In this document: piece after piece, positions 1 through 12,036 of the stretch | How positions within the stretch are numbered: position 1 is the first letter of the stretch | How the letters are laid out: every line of letters begins with the position of its first letter | Assembly (NCBI RefSeq): GCF_009914755.1 | Contig: NC_060928.1 | Length of the DNA: 64,000 nt | Strand: one strand, 5' to 3' | Source: the human T2T-CHM13v2.0 reference genome, Homo sapiens | Translations under genes and position numbers: made by a program | Notes under the pieces: generated by a model | The model's database searches: none | What the model was told of the DNA's origin: nothing | What the model saw: only the letters and a program-made list of their open reading frames with translations

Positions 1-420
1 CTGTCTATAGGCCAAACTAGTTTAAGTTCTTTTTCAGTTTAAGATTTGCTGCTTAGATCTTCATTTTCTGTCATAAGATTGATATCTTTCCAGGATTTTT
101 GACAACAGGAATTTCATTCTCTTATATTGATAGGTCTTCCTTTGGGGTGAGGGTATGTATCTGGGATAGTTGTAGGAACCTCATCCCACTCAAGGAAACA
201 TGCTCTGCCTTTCTGCTTCTTATAAGGCAACCTTGCAGTAGTCCAAGACTACGATGTTTTTGAGTTACCTGGTCTAATAAAAACCACAGGTGGCAAATAA
301 TTGTGTCCAGGTTAGCCCACACTAAGCTGAGTCCAGTCTCTCTTCCATCAGCCCTTTCCAAAGATTAAAACAATCTTGGTGTCTAGACTCAGGTTACTTG
401 ATACATATATTCATATATTT

Positions 421-567
421 TATTTTTTTATATTTATTTTATTATTATTATTTTTAATAGAAACAGGGTTTTATCGTGTTGCCCAGGCTGGTCTCAAACT
501 CCTGAGATCTGCCTGCCTCAGCCTCCCAAAGTGCTGGGATTATGAGCATGAGCCACCGTACCAGGCC
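421..567 (-). mobile_element. Alu left monomer (FLAM-like)
   Basis: Reverse-complement Alu left arm (gcccaggctggtctcaaactcctg...cccaaagtgctgggattat...ccaggcc) with T-rich tail; 15-bp TSD at 406-420 and 568-582. Confidence 0.9.
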
Positions 568-925
568 TATATTTGTATATTTTAAATAATTAATTAATCT
601 AGTTTTAATTGAAAAGTAAAGATTGTATATATTTATTGTGTACAACATGTTTTGAAATATGTATGCATTGTGAAATGATTACTAGAGCTAAGTAACATAT
701 GCATTACCTCACATAATTGTCATTTTTTGTGATAATCAAATCTTTCAGCAATTCTTCAGAATACAATACATTGTTACTAACTACAGTCATCATGTTGTAT
801 GATGTATCTCTTAAACTTATTCATCCTATCTAACAAACTTTGTATTCTTTGACTAACATCTGCCCATCTCCCCCCTCCCCCAACCTCTGGTAACTGCCAT
901 TCTACTCTCTTCCTACAAAATACAC

Positions 926-1249
926 TTTTTAATTTTAATTTAATTTTATTCTATTTTGAGACAGGGTCTCACTCTGTCACTGAGACTGAAGCAAGTGGTG
1001 CGATCTAAGCTCACTGCAGCCTTGACCTCCTGTGCTCAGGTGATCCTTCCCCTTCAGCCTCCGTGTAGCTGAGATTACAGGTGCATGCCACCACATTTGG
1101 CTTGAAAATTTTTTTTTTCATGGGGTTTTCTTACAGATGGGGTTTTGCCATGTTGCCCAGGCTGGTCTCAATCTCCTAGGCTCAAGTCATCCTCCTCTCT
1201 TGGCCTCCCAAAGTGCTGAGATTACAGGTGTGAGCCACTGCACTTGGCC
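926..1249 (-). mobile_element. AluJ-type SINE
   Basis: Dimeric Alu, reverse strand; J-type gctcactgcagccttgacctcctg..ctcaggtgatcct. Confidence 0.9.
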
Positions 1250-1261
1250 TGGTTTGATTCC

Positions 1262-1609
1262 ACATTTTCTTACTATGATAGAATACTGCACACTGGGAAA
1301 TTTATAAACAATAGAAGCTTATTTGGTTCATGATTCTGCAGGCTGGAAAGTTCAGGATCGAGGGGCTGAATCTGGTGAAGGACTTCTTGCTGCATCAGCC
1401 ATGGCAGAAAGACAAAGAGAGTGAGAGAGAGACAGCCAGAGATTAAATTTACAGCCCCAAGCCCTTTTATAATTGGTTTTAATCCATTCATGAGAATGTA
1501 GCCTTCATTATCTAAACACTTCTTATTAGGCCCCACTGCCAAACGTTGTTGCACTGGGGGATTAAGCTTCCAGCACATGTTTTTTGGAGGACATATTCAA
1601 ACCGTAGCA
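1262..1609 (-). mobile_element. MaLR solo LTR (MST/MLT1A-like)
   Basis: Ends ...acatattcaaaccgtagca (reverse complement of the MaLR start tgcta.ggtttgaat); gattctgcaggctggaaagttcaggatc; left boundary approximate. Confidence 0.8.
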
Positions 1610-1902
1610 TACAGATAAGTGAGATCATGTGTATTTGTCTTTCTGTGCCTGGCTTATTTCACTTGGCATAATGTCTTCCAGGTTCATCCACGTTGTTGAA
1701 ATGACAGGACTTTCTTCTTCTTCGTCTTTTTTTTTTTAGACTTAATGGTATTCCACTGTGTATATATACTATATTTCCCTTATCTAATTATCTGTTGATG
1801 GACACTTCGGTTGATTCCATATCTTGGCTATTGTGATAATGCTGCAGTGAATATGGGAGTGTAGATATGTCTTTGAAATACTAATTTCATTTCCTTTGGA
1901 GA

Positions 1903-2073
1903 TATATATATATGTGTGTATATATATATGTGTATATATATATGTATATATATGTGTATATATGTGTATATATGTGTATGTATATGTGTATGTATATGTG
2001 TATATATGTGTATATATATGTGTATATGCATATATACACATATACATACACACACATACATAAGTATATATAT
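1903..2073. repeat. Complex (TA/TG/CA)n microsatellite
   Basis: About 170 bp of near-continuous alternating purine-pyrimidine sequence. Confidence 0.95.
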
Positions 2074-2371
2074 AAAATTGCTGGATCAAGTAATTTTTTG
2101 AGGAATCTCCATACTGTTTTATGTAATGACTATCTTAATTCATATTCCTATCAACAGTGTGAAAATGTTTCCTTTTCCCCACATCCTCACCAACTCTTGT
2201 TATCTTTCCTCTTTTTGATAATAGCCATTCTAACAAGTGTAAGGTAATATCTCATTATGGTTTTAATTTGTATTTCTCTGATAAGTAGTAAAGATTTACT
2301 GAATTCATTTTTTAATTCTAGCAGTTTTTTGGTGGAGTCTTTAGGGTTTTCTTATATATAGAAAACCTATA

Positions 2372-2505
2372 TATAGGAGTGGAATTGCTGGGGACGCATA
2401 TGCTTAGTTTCAGTATAGATTCCCAGATTTCCAAAGTGACTGCATCCTTTTCCACTTTTCACCGCAGTTTCTGAGAGTTCTCGTTGCTCTGGAACATTTG
2501 CCCTT
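2372..2505 (-). mobile_element. Old L1M(E) fragment
   Basis: taggagtggaattgctggg...tttccaaagtgactg...gagagttctcgttgctc resembles the old L1 3' region. Confidence 0.55.
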
Positions 2506-3719
2506 GTGCTTTTTAACTGGCAATTGTTAATAAAATAGAAAGCTGTATTTTTTTTCCTGTATGTTCATTTTATGTATTTTGCTAAGTATCTTATTGTTTT
2601 AAAAAATGCTCTAAAACCGTGGTAATATCTCCACCTTTATTTCTAATTTTGTATATTTATACATTATTTATTACACTAAAAGTTTGTCTGTTATTGGTTT
2701 AATTTCTAGCAAAATATCTATGAAAATTATTTATTAATTCTATTGTTTCAAAAATTAATATTTTCTTATTTCATACTTATTCGTTTTTAGCTTTCCTTAA
2801 GCTTATTTTTCAATCTTCATTAGCAGAATGCTTACCTAATTGATTATTGTTTAATAGTAAATTGTTTCTGCTGATGGAGTGACCAACATAAATCCAGGGG
2901 AAATCTGCTGGAGAGATATTGAGTATAAAATATTTTTTCATTCAGAGAGAGAGAGACAGAGACAGAGACACACAGGGAGAGAAATAAGGAGTTAATTATC
3001 CACTTCCTTCCCCAGGACTTTGCCATGTCTGCATGTGTGGATGAAGAGTGTGATTTTAATCTTATAACCAGGAAGGGAGTTAGTCATAGGGAAATTACAG
3101 AACAGATGATTAAAGATATGTAGGTCTTTTCTGATATCACAAAGGCACAGCCTTTCATCCAACTTCCTCTTATTAAAGACCAAAAACATTAAAAATAAAA
3201 AAAGGAAAAAGGAAATAAATATTTTTCCCAATTTTTAAACTTCTGAATTCTGTTTTCTATTATTGGCCAAGGCATTCTAACTGATTCACTACCCATATCT
3301 TTCTTCATTTTTGTTTTGCTTGATATAACAGGGACAGAGAGCTATGAAAGTATCCTCCTACTGTTGTTTTCTTTTTTTTGAAAAAACTAGTTTTTGATTA
3401 CATGATCCTGTATTTTATTATTATTCAGCTTGAAGATTCATAAGTTACAATTTTGTGTCACAAACTTATTTTGTTCTTTCCCATCATATTATTTTAAAAA
3501 TATACAATCTACAATTTCTTACCCAGCTTCTTAAAGTATTAGTTTATTACTATGTGAGGATTAATTTACTTTTCTTTCAAATAGTGTTAAAATGTACTTT
3601 CTGATAAAATATTGTTAAACAATTTCCTTATACTCAATGCTATATTTACATATTTTCTGAGACTCACTTCTACTGTTCTTATGCTGTAATTTCCCCTTTT
3701 ATATATACAGATAAACCTT

Positions 3720-4300
3720 AATAGAATACTTTCTTGATTTTTTTTTCAGGACAAATAAATAGATAATATTCTTTCAGTTACTGTTACACATGAAACAAAA
3801 CTTCAGTGAACATAGAGCATCTGGCTTAAAATTTGTTCCCCTGATGCATTTGTAGCTGTTTTTCCCATGTTCTGGCATTTGGTGTGGTGCAGAAGAGGTC
3901 CTGCCTCAGTGTAATTGTTCTGCCGTGCTAGGTTACATTTTTTTCCCACCTTTAGGCTGGTTGTCTTTCACGTCTCAACAGGGTATATCTGGGTTGATTT
4001 TTACTCTTCAGATGTAACCTCTTTAAATCTTTAGATTCAATTCAAATTTTTTTCTATTAATACTTTTTTTCAGTATATTTTCTGTTCTATTTTTCAGAAT
4101 TATTGATCAAATTTGGATCTCTGTGTGCTGTCCTCCAATTTAATACTTTCTGTGTTGCTGTTTTATTTTCTTTCTTCTGGAACCTGGCAAAGTGCGTCAA
4201 GGTGGGTCACCAGATGTCTGACTCAATCTTCTATATTAATAGGTTTTCTCTGTATTGTTAAAATTAATTTTAAATTGATTTTGTGAAATTTATAATTATA
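3720..4300 (-). mobile_element. Highly diverged HAL1/L1M ORF1-like fragment
   Basis: T-rich degenerate L1-type antisense sequence; boundaries approximate. Confidence 0.35.
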
Positions 4301-4569
4301 GGATTTTTTTCATGTTCAGCTCCATTTAAATTTTTTCCTGTTTGCCCATTCTTCTTTTTTCTTATCACTTTGAACATACTGATCTCACACAGAAAAGACG
4401 CATTGATAGAAACGAATTTCTGAACTGAGTCCAAAGATTTAAAGAGGTTACATATAAATTGTAAAACACCTACATCTGGTTGTACCCTGATGAAAAAAGA
4501 AAGAAGACAATCTCTTTATCATGTCTGTCTTTTGTTTTGAAGTTGTTACTTAAATTTTGTTAAAATAAA

Positions 4570-5002
4570 TTGTGGTTTATTGCATTATTTTCCTCATTTC
4601 TTCACCTCTTCTTGCGTCTGTTCCCTTGCTATGGCCTCGTCATCACAGATGGCATGTACTCATTTCATCTTGTCTCTGGGCTTGGCTATATGACTTGCTT
4701 TGGCTGATGACACATGAGCAAAAGTCACAGTTTGTATTCTAAGTGCAAGCCTGGAAGACCTCACATGTTCTTGCTTGTTTTCTTTTCTTTCTGGCCGATC
4801 ATGGAAATAACATAACCATGGGTAGCCTGCTGGTCAGCAGAGCCACCCTAGGTAATTAATAGACATGCAGTGACAAAAAGAGCTTCCCAGTTGAGCCAAG
4901 CCTATGTCAATCAGATTCTAGTAGATTCACAGATGCATGAGCAGTAAGAAAAGTTTACACTTATTGGAGTGATTTGTTATGTAGCAATAAGTAACCAATA
5001 CA
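4570..5002 (+). mobile_element. MaLR solo LTR (MLT1H/I/J-like)
   Basis: gggcttggctatatgacttgctttggc...gatttgttatgtagcaataagtaaccaataca. Confidence 0.7.
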
Positions 5003-6089
5003 ATACGTTTTAAAATATTTTCTCTGGTAAGTCATTTTCAAAAGTAATTCTTTCTGTGCTTCTTGCTTAATAAATTTTTTTTGTAAATCTTACTTTTAAA
5101 ACTTTATTCTTTTTTGCCTTGAATTCCTCACTGAAAAAAGATTCATTGTTTTTTTTTTTTTTCTAATTCATCTGTCAAAATAGCGATGAGGCTTCCTCTT
5201 TGAAGATCACAGGTGAGAAGATTAGGTGCTTTCTCAGAAGCCCAGCAACCTGATGGGAGTGTGGAGTGAGCAAGACCCAAATCGGAGCTTCATCCCTGCA
5301 TGGTTCATTTTGCTTATTTGGCAAACTTGCCCTGCAGGTAAGCAGATCCAGTGTGACAATATCTTCCTGTGCCAGCTGTTCATGTTTTCAAAGAAGAGAT
5401 TCTTTGGGGTTTTGTTTTGTGCCTTGAACCCTTCAAAAGCAAATGTCCCAATTCTGACTGGCTTACTACTTGTCCTGCTTCCTGCTCTTCTAAAGAAGAT
5501 ATCTGCTGCTTTGGGGGAAAATTGTCAGCATGGTTCAAGGTATTTTATTTGCTTGCTATCCTTGAAAGAGACTAGCCAGCTGCTCACAAATCTCACTTCA
5601 TCTCCCTCTTAGATATTCAGCTAACCTATATTTTTGTTTCCTCTGCCTGTGGCCATGTGATTGATTTCTTAGGAATATAATGTGAATAGAAGTGATATTG
5701 TTATTTCCAGATCTGGCTCATAAAAACTTCCTATGAACAATTACCAACTTTCCAACAGAGGCTAAAGAAAATGGAGAAAGTCCAATAACCAAGGATTGCA
5801 TCTGACCCACTGCAGTACGCAATCAACTTTAACAATTATTGAAAAAGCAGAGATTTTGTAAGATTCTTCAGTTAAACAAAGTAACTATACTTGTTGTAAA
5901 GATCAAATTCAGAGAGATCTAGACTACGGCAAAAAGTATCACTCACCTTTACTATTAAATCAGATTGTATGTTAGGTCTTTCAACTTAACCATCTTTGAA
6001 TTTAACCTAAATATCTCCATTTTCTGCTAGCTGCTACAGCAAGACAGTGTCCAGTCATTTTTATGTAGTGCTCCTCCCACTTACACACC

Positions 6090-6450
6090 CTGTTTAGTTC
6101 AGATTCCAGTGTCTCTGGATCAATTACTGTGAAAGGAAGGTGGCAGAAGTAGGATGGAGCAAAGGAAGTACAACCGTGATGCACCAAAATGGCAGGGTGC
6201 TCTGGAGTGAATACTGACATACAGAGCCAGGGTCCCATTTTGGGCCCAAATGGCTGAGTTTTTATCCTCTGCAGGGCTGAAAATCGGTTCTTGATATTCC
6301 CGCCTTGCTCAGTCACCACAGTGGCCACTCCCACATGGATGTGATCTTAACTAGATCTCTACAGTTGAAGATGGCCATTTGGGACCAACTTGGGGAGCTA
6401 TATGCTGACTGACCATACTCCTAGTGACTGGGCAGTGACTTCTGCCAAAT
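6090..6450 (-). mobile_element. LTR16-family (ERVL) solo LTR remnant
   Basis: ggatcaattactgtgaaaggaagg..gaagtaggat..cgtgatgca..gggtgctctggag..tttatcc resembles reverse-complement LTR16C. Confidence 0.55.
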
Positions 6451-7199
6451 TCTAGTTAATCTTACATTTCCTCTCACACACTAGTTTTTTTCTCCCATTT
6501 TTTAATAATATGCTGTTTTTTCCTCCATGAAAATGTTTGGTATGACTCCTAACAGTTCTCTATTTTTTTTTTCTTTTATTAAAAGAAATTGGCAGTGCTC
6601 ATTGTCTGTGCAGAGTAGAAGAGGCACCATGAGACAAATTACTTTTGATCACCAAATAGTTACTTAAAGGGCTGTTGGTTTCTTATAGTTATCAAATTTT
6701 ATTGGTATACCTAATGCATTTGACACCTGAAGTAAATCATTTTTAAATATCTTCCCTTTATTCTAGAAAATTATTTTAGTAAATTTCATAAAATGAAATA
6801 AATAATAGTAATGGATAGATTTTTAAATTATGCTTTATACATATAATCATATAGCTTAGAAATATAAAACAAATTTAAAACAAACCAATTAAAACAAAAA
6901 TAAATAAAACAAGAATGAAAAAAGAAAAAATAGAAGGAAAAATAAATAAAGTAATTAGAATGGTATAAAGAGAACAAAGTACAATTAATTCAATAATTTT
7001 GATAGCTACATAGCAATTGAAACTTTGAACTTTTGGTTACAGTCTGATATAATAAGTCATCTATATAATTGGTAATTAATAAATGAATTATAAGGGAAGC
7101 AAAATGTCTATAAAGGCTAAAATTTAGGCAACTGGGTCATAGCCCTGATGTAACATTTTATTATTATGATTTGTTTATTATTTTAAAAACAAGGTAGTT

Positions 7200-7486
7200 T
7201 ATTAAAAAGTTAACCATGAATTTACCATCTGACACAGCAATTTCACTACGAGGTATTTATGCAAGAATAAATGAAAACATATGTCCATTCAAAGACCTGT
7301 GCACCAATCTTCATAGCAGCCTTTTTAATAATAGCCAAAAAGTGAAAACAGTTTAATGCCCATCAATTGGTAAAGGAATTAACAAATGTGGTATATCTAT
7401 ATGTGGAATATTATTTGGCAATAAGACATGGTTTATCCATATCATAGATAAACCTCAAAAACATCATGCTAAGTGAAAGAAGTCAT
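7200..7486 (+). mobile_element. L1M (MB-MD) 3' fragment
   Basis: ttaccatctgacacagcaatttcact...catagcagc..aatagccaaaaagtgaaaaca...catcatgctaagtgaaagaagtca. Confidence 0.8.
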
Positions 7487-7489
7487 TAA

Positions 7490-8981
7490 GACTTAGAAGA
7501 AAGTTGAAACCCAATCCAAAGAATCTAAGGACTACAATAAAATGATATAGGAGCTGAAAGACAAAATAGCCATTTTAAGAAAGAATCAAACTGATGTAAT
7601 AGAGCTGGAAACACACTACAAGAATTTCTAATACAATTTGCAAATATTAACAGCAGAACACACCAAGCTCAGGAATGATTCTCAGAGCTCAAAGCCTGCT
7701 TCTCTGAACTAAATCAGTCAGACAAAAATTAAGAAAAAATAAAAAAGAATGAACAACATCTCTGAGAAATATGAGACTATGTAGAAAAGCAAATCTAAGA
7801 CTCACTGGTATCCCTGAAAGATGGAGAGAAAGCAAGCAACTTGAAAAACATATTTGAGGATATCAATGAAAATTTCCCCAACCTCACTAGAGGGGCCAAC
7901 ATTCAAATACAGGAAGTGCAGAGAACCCCTGTGAGATACTATACAAGATGACCAACCCCAAGACACACAGTCATCAGATTCTCCAAGGTCAAAATGAAAG
8001 AAGAAATGTTAAAGGCAGCTAGAGAGAAGGGGCAGGTCACCTACAAAGGGAAGCCTATCAGACTAACAATGGACCTTTTAGCATAAACCATACAAGCCAA
8101 AAGAGATTACAGCCTATATTTAGCATGCTTAAACAAAAGAAACTCCAACTAATAATTCATATCCAGCCAAACTAAGCTTTATAAGAGAAAGAGAAGTAAA
8201 ATTATTTTCAGACAAGCAAATGCTAAGGAATTCATTACCACCAGACCTATTTTACAAGAGATCCTTAATGGAGTGCTAAACATGGAAATGAAAGACCATT
8301 ATTGGCCTCCACAAAAACACAGTTAGGTACCTATACCGTTGACATTATAAAGCAACTGCACAATCAAGTCTGCATAATAACCAGGTAACATGATGATGAC
8401 AGAATCAAATCTGCACTATCAATATTAACCTTGAAGGTAAATGGGCTAAATGCTGCAAATAAATGGCACAGAGTAGCAAGTTGGGTAAAGAAACATGACC
8501 CAATGCTATGCAGTCTTCAAGACACCCATCTCACATGCAGTGACACCCATAGGTTCAAAGTAAAGAAATGAAGAAAAATCTAACAAGCAAACAGAAAACA
8601 AAACAAAACAAAAAGCAGGAGTTGCTATTTTAATTTTAGACAAAACAGACTTTAAACCAACAACAATAAAAAAAGACAAAGAAGGGCATTACATGATGGT
8701 AAATGTTTCAATTCAACAAGATTTAACTATCCTAAATATATATGCATCCAATACACGAGCACCTGGATTTATAAAACAAGTTCTTAGAGACTACAAAGAG
8801 ACTTGAGTGTGGAGGGTGAGAGGAGGCTGAGGATCAAAACACTACCTGTTGGATACTATCAGTATCACCTGGTTTACAAAATAATATGTACACCAAACCT
8901 GTACAACATGCAATTTATCTATAGAGCCAACCTGCATATGTACTCCTGAAACTTAAAAAAAAAAAAAAAGTTAGAAAAAAA
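7490..8981 (+). mobile_element. L1PB/old L1PA: ORF1 plus ORF2 start fused directly to the 3'UTR and poly(A)
   Basis: ORF1 motifs (aaggcagctagagagaaggggcaggtcacctacaaaggg); ORF2 start atgacagaatca at 8396 with endonuclease-domain sequence; switches at 8801-8804 to the 3'UTR and an A tail from 8955. Confidence 0.9.
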
Positions 8982-9039
8982 TTAGATGCTGGGAAAATTC
9001 AGAGTCACAGCTCTTTTTAAAAATTTTAATAAGGAAAAT

Positions 9040-9850
9040 TTTTTTCCATATATAAACAATAGCTTATTAGAAAACATAAATGAAAAGAATTTTTTCTTTA
9101 CAATTCCAATTCCAAACACAAAATATCTAGAAATATACTTCATAAAAGGTGTGTAATACCTACATAAAGAAAGAATAAAAACATTTCTGAGGAACATAAA
9201 GGATGACTGAAGAAAATACAAAGATACTCTACATTCTTGGAAAAGAAGAATCAGTATTGTAAAGATATCAACGTACCTAAATTGATCTGGAAATCCAATA
9301 TGATATCAATTATTAATTTGATATTAACTTATTTCTACTAACAATATAATATAAAACTCATCTGGATGAATTAACATAAAATAATCTTCTGAGGAATCCT
9401 GAAAAAGAAAATTAATAATGGGGAACTAGCCTTAGTGTTTCTGAAAATATATGTAATAAAGCAACAAAAATTAAAATTCTTTAGTCCTTATGAATAAATA
9501 GACAGCAACGGAACACAATCTAGGAACAGTCCCAAACACAGGAAAATTTAATTTATAACAGAGTGACTAAATATTTAGAACAAAATTAAGTAAACTTGGG
9601 TCTTTATCTCGCTCCTTACACCAAATATTTAAACATTAAAAAACCCCACATAAATTCTAGGAAAAAATAATAATAACTTTATTTATTATTTTAGACCAAG
9701 AGAGGACTTCTTAAGTGACCTAAACTCAGAATTGAGAAAGTGTCTATGGGAACCAAAGCAAACCATCCATCCAAACAAAATAAACTTCTGTCTGGTGAAA
9801 AGAATCATCAACCAAGTAAACACAACTGATATTTTTTTTGGGAAAAAGTG
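9040..9850 (+). mobile_element. Old L1ME-like ORF2 fragment
   Basis: aaatatctagaaata..cattcttggaaaagaagaatcagtattgtaaagat..ggggaactagcctta. Confidence 0.65.
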
Positions 9851-10814
9851 CAATACTTCTGGCAGAAAATGTCCTGATTCATAAAAAGGTCAAACAATAT
9901 CATGGCAGTCAAAATCAGATCATTTAAATGAGGAAAAAATTAGGGATATACATTCAACAAAACAGTCATAGACCATGGAAACAGAAAGTCCCTAAAAATG
10001 TTAATAATGTTGATTTTTATTGTTTTACCCTTTGTTTTCCATTTTATGCAACCAAGATTTTCCCTTGCACCTTAGAATGCTTTCTTTAAAATGTCCTTGC
10101 TCTCTTAATTTTCTGAGTTGCTACTTTCTCATTTTCCTTGCTGATTATAAAACAACTGAAGGATAAGAAACACATGTTTTTCTATAACTGTTTTTAATTA
10201 AATGTTTGGTAAACTGAAATGATTGTAATTACTCTTTTGTTATCTTCAAGAATCTACTCAAGCTTCCTCAGTTTCTCAAATCATTCTTGGGCAACAAATG
10301 AACAAGAAAGAGGACGTCTTATTATCTGGTGTCTGGCTTGCTGATTTAATAACCTAGAAGACAGTGTTTGAAGAACACAAACTCTAAAGTCCTTCACTTA
10401 AAAAAAAAAAAAAACTTTCCCAAATTGCTTACCATTTGGAAAAATTGCCTTACCTTCTTCAGTCATCTCTGATGTTGTCATCCTCAGAGTAAGAAGTACG
10501 CATTCATAAGGAACCATAACGTCCTTCAGGAAATCCAGTACACCCTACAATTTTACCTAAAACTTTGATGTTGCTTTTTCTGAGCATTTTACCTTCTAGG
10601 GAAATGGATCTCATGCTGTTTATCAGTTTCTGAAAGTTGTTATTAATCTCCCCTCATCCCAAAATTGAAGAACTTTGCTTAAATCTTAGAATCAGAACTT
10701 TGGCTCCAGTAATAAAGACTTTTCAATATCTTTATCTGCCATTGAGTCTTACCTAACGAAATAAAGCCTCCAAAGTGGGAATTTGAAATGTTTTAGAATC
10801 TTTTTTTTTCCTTT

Positions 10815-12022
10815 TGACATAGTGATTGGTGGGATGCTACAGGCAGTTAGTGGTTAGGGTCCAGAAATGCCAGACATCTTGCAGTGAGAGGGATAGTCTG
10901 TACAAGGAAGAATTCTCACATGTTCTGACTAACACTGGATATTATTACAGGTGAAAACATTGGAATCTTGTGAACCTCAACCTGTGTTTTACATATGTAT
11001 ACATGAAGTGAGTTTTGTATGCTTTATTTTTTCACTATTTGAAAAATGTAACTGCTTATTTTCTATTGTTGTGTAACAAATCACTATGCACTTAGCAGCT
11101 TAAAAAATATTATTTATTATCTCACAGTTTATGAGTCATAGGCCACTAGTTTGGACACACTTAGCTGAGTCCTCTGCTCAAGGTCTCACATAGCTGCTGT
11201 TAAGATATTGACCAGAGATATGGCCTCATCTAAAGGTTAGGTTCTCTTCTGAGTTCACGTGGTTGGTGGTGGAATTCATATCCTTGCAGCTGTAGAACTC
11301 ATAGCAACTTGCTTCTTCAAGGCCAGCAATAGAGATAACTCTGCTGCTTCCAGTCTCTCTGATCTCTAGACTCTCATTTAAAGGGCTGGCCTGATGAGGC
11401 CAGGTCAAGTCAAGATCGCATCTTTCTTAATGAACTCAAAATCAACTTTGAGAAACCCTAATGACATGTATTAAATCCCTTCATTTTTGGCACCTGGTGT
11501 GCAATAATCACTGGATTGATATCTCATCAAGTTTGTCATAGTCTATTGGTTAGAAGCAAGCCACAGGCTTCATCTACACTCAAGGGGAGGGGATTGTAAA
11601 GAGCTATAACTAATTGGGAGTCACACTTGAGTGTGCCTGCAGTAACAACCATTGCATAAATCAAGGAAACATTGAATTCTGCTTTGTATGAACTCTACTT
11701 AGGTTGTTCACCATTTTGAAGAATGAGTTTACCAGCAGCACTTCTCATAATAGTCTACACTTACAGATATTCTAGTCACCATGATTCCACATAGAAGTGC
11801 AAACATCTGACTACTTCACTATGTCTTCTAGAGTACAGAGCTTTACATAGAGAAAAGTTTAATTTTATATAAATGACTCTTCTTATTTTCTTTATATTAT
11901 AGTTAATACATTGCACTTGAAATCACATGCATAGGTAGTTTATGTTACCTATGGATTTAATTTCCAAACAATAAATGCAGAATTATAAAATATCTGTTGG
12001 TCTAGTTGGGTTGAAACCATTA
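10815..12022. mobile_element. MER20B (hAT-Charlie), split by an MLT1E LTR
   Basis: gatgctacaggcagttagtgg..gccagacatcttgca; resumes after 11646 with gtgcaaacatctgactacttcactatgtcttctag...gggttgaaaccatt. Confidence 0.7.
11053..11641 (-). mobile_element. MLT1E-type MaLR solo LTR
   Basis: TG...CA termini, perfect 5-bp TSD GTAAC (11048-52 and 11642-46); ggaattcatatccttgcagctgtagaact, attggttagaagcaagccacagg. Confidence 0.85.
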
Positions 12023-12036
12023 TGATAGGTAGATAG

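Larger units (their letters stand above)
600..2360 (-). mobile_element. L1MA-type LINE-1 3' portion, split by an Alu, a MaLR LTR and a microsatellite
   Basis: L1 3'UTR motifs (tgcattacctcacata, taagtgagatcatg, ttccatatcttggctattgtga); ORF 1784-2089 ends in the L1 ORF2 C-terminal motif IAKIWNQPKCPSTDN. Confidence 0.85.

Noticed and set aside
1784-2247. Tyr/Ile/His-rich ORFs
   Set aside because: Translation of a TA/TG microsatellite.
5226-5612. 128-aa ORF in unique DNA
   Set aside because: GTG start, no recognisable domain, and it runs through a strong splice donor; likely a chance ORF.
10428-10560. Minus-strand exon (donor-like ccttacctt at ~10449)
   Set aside because: Weak acceptor and no supporting partner exons.
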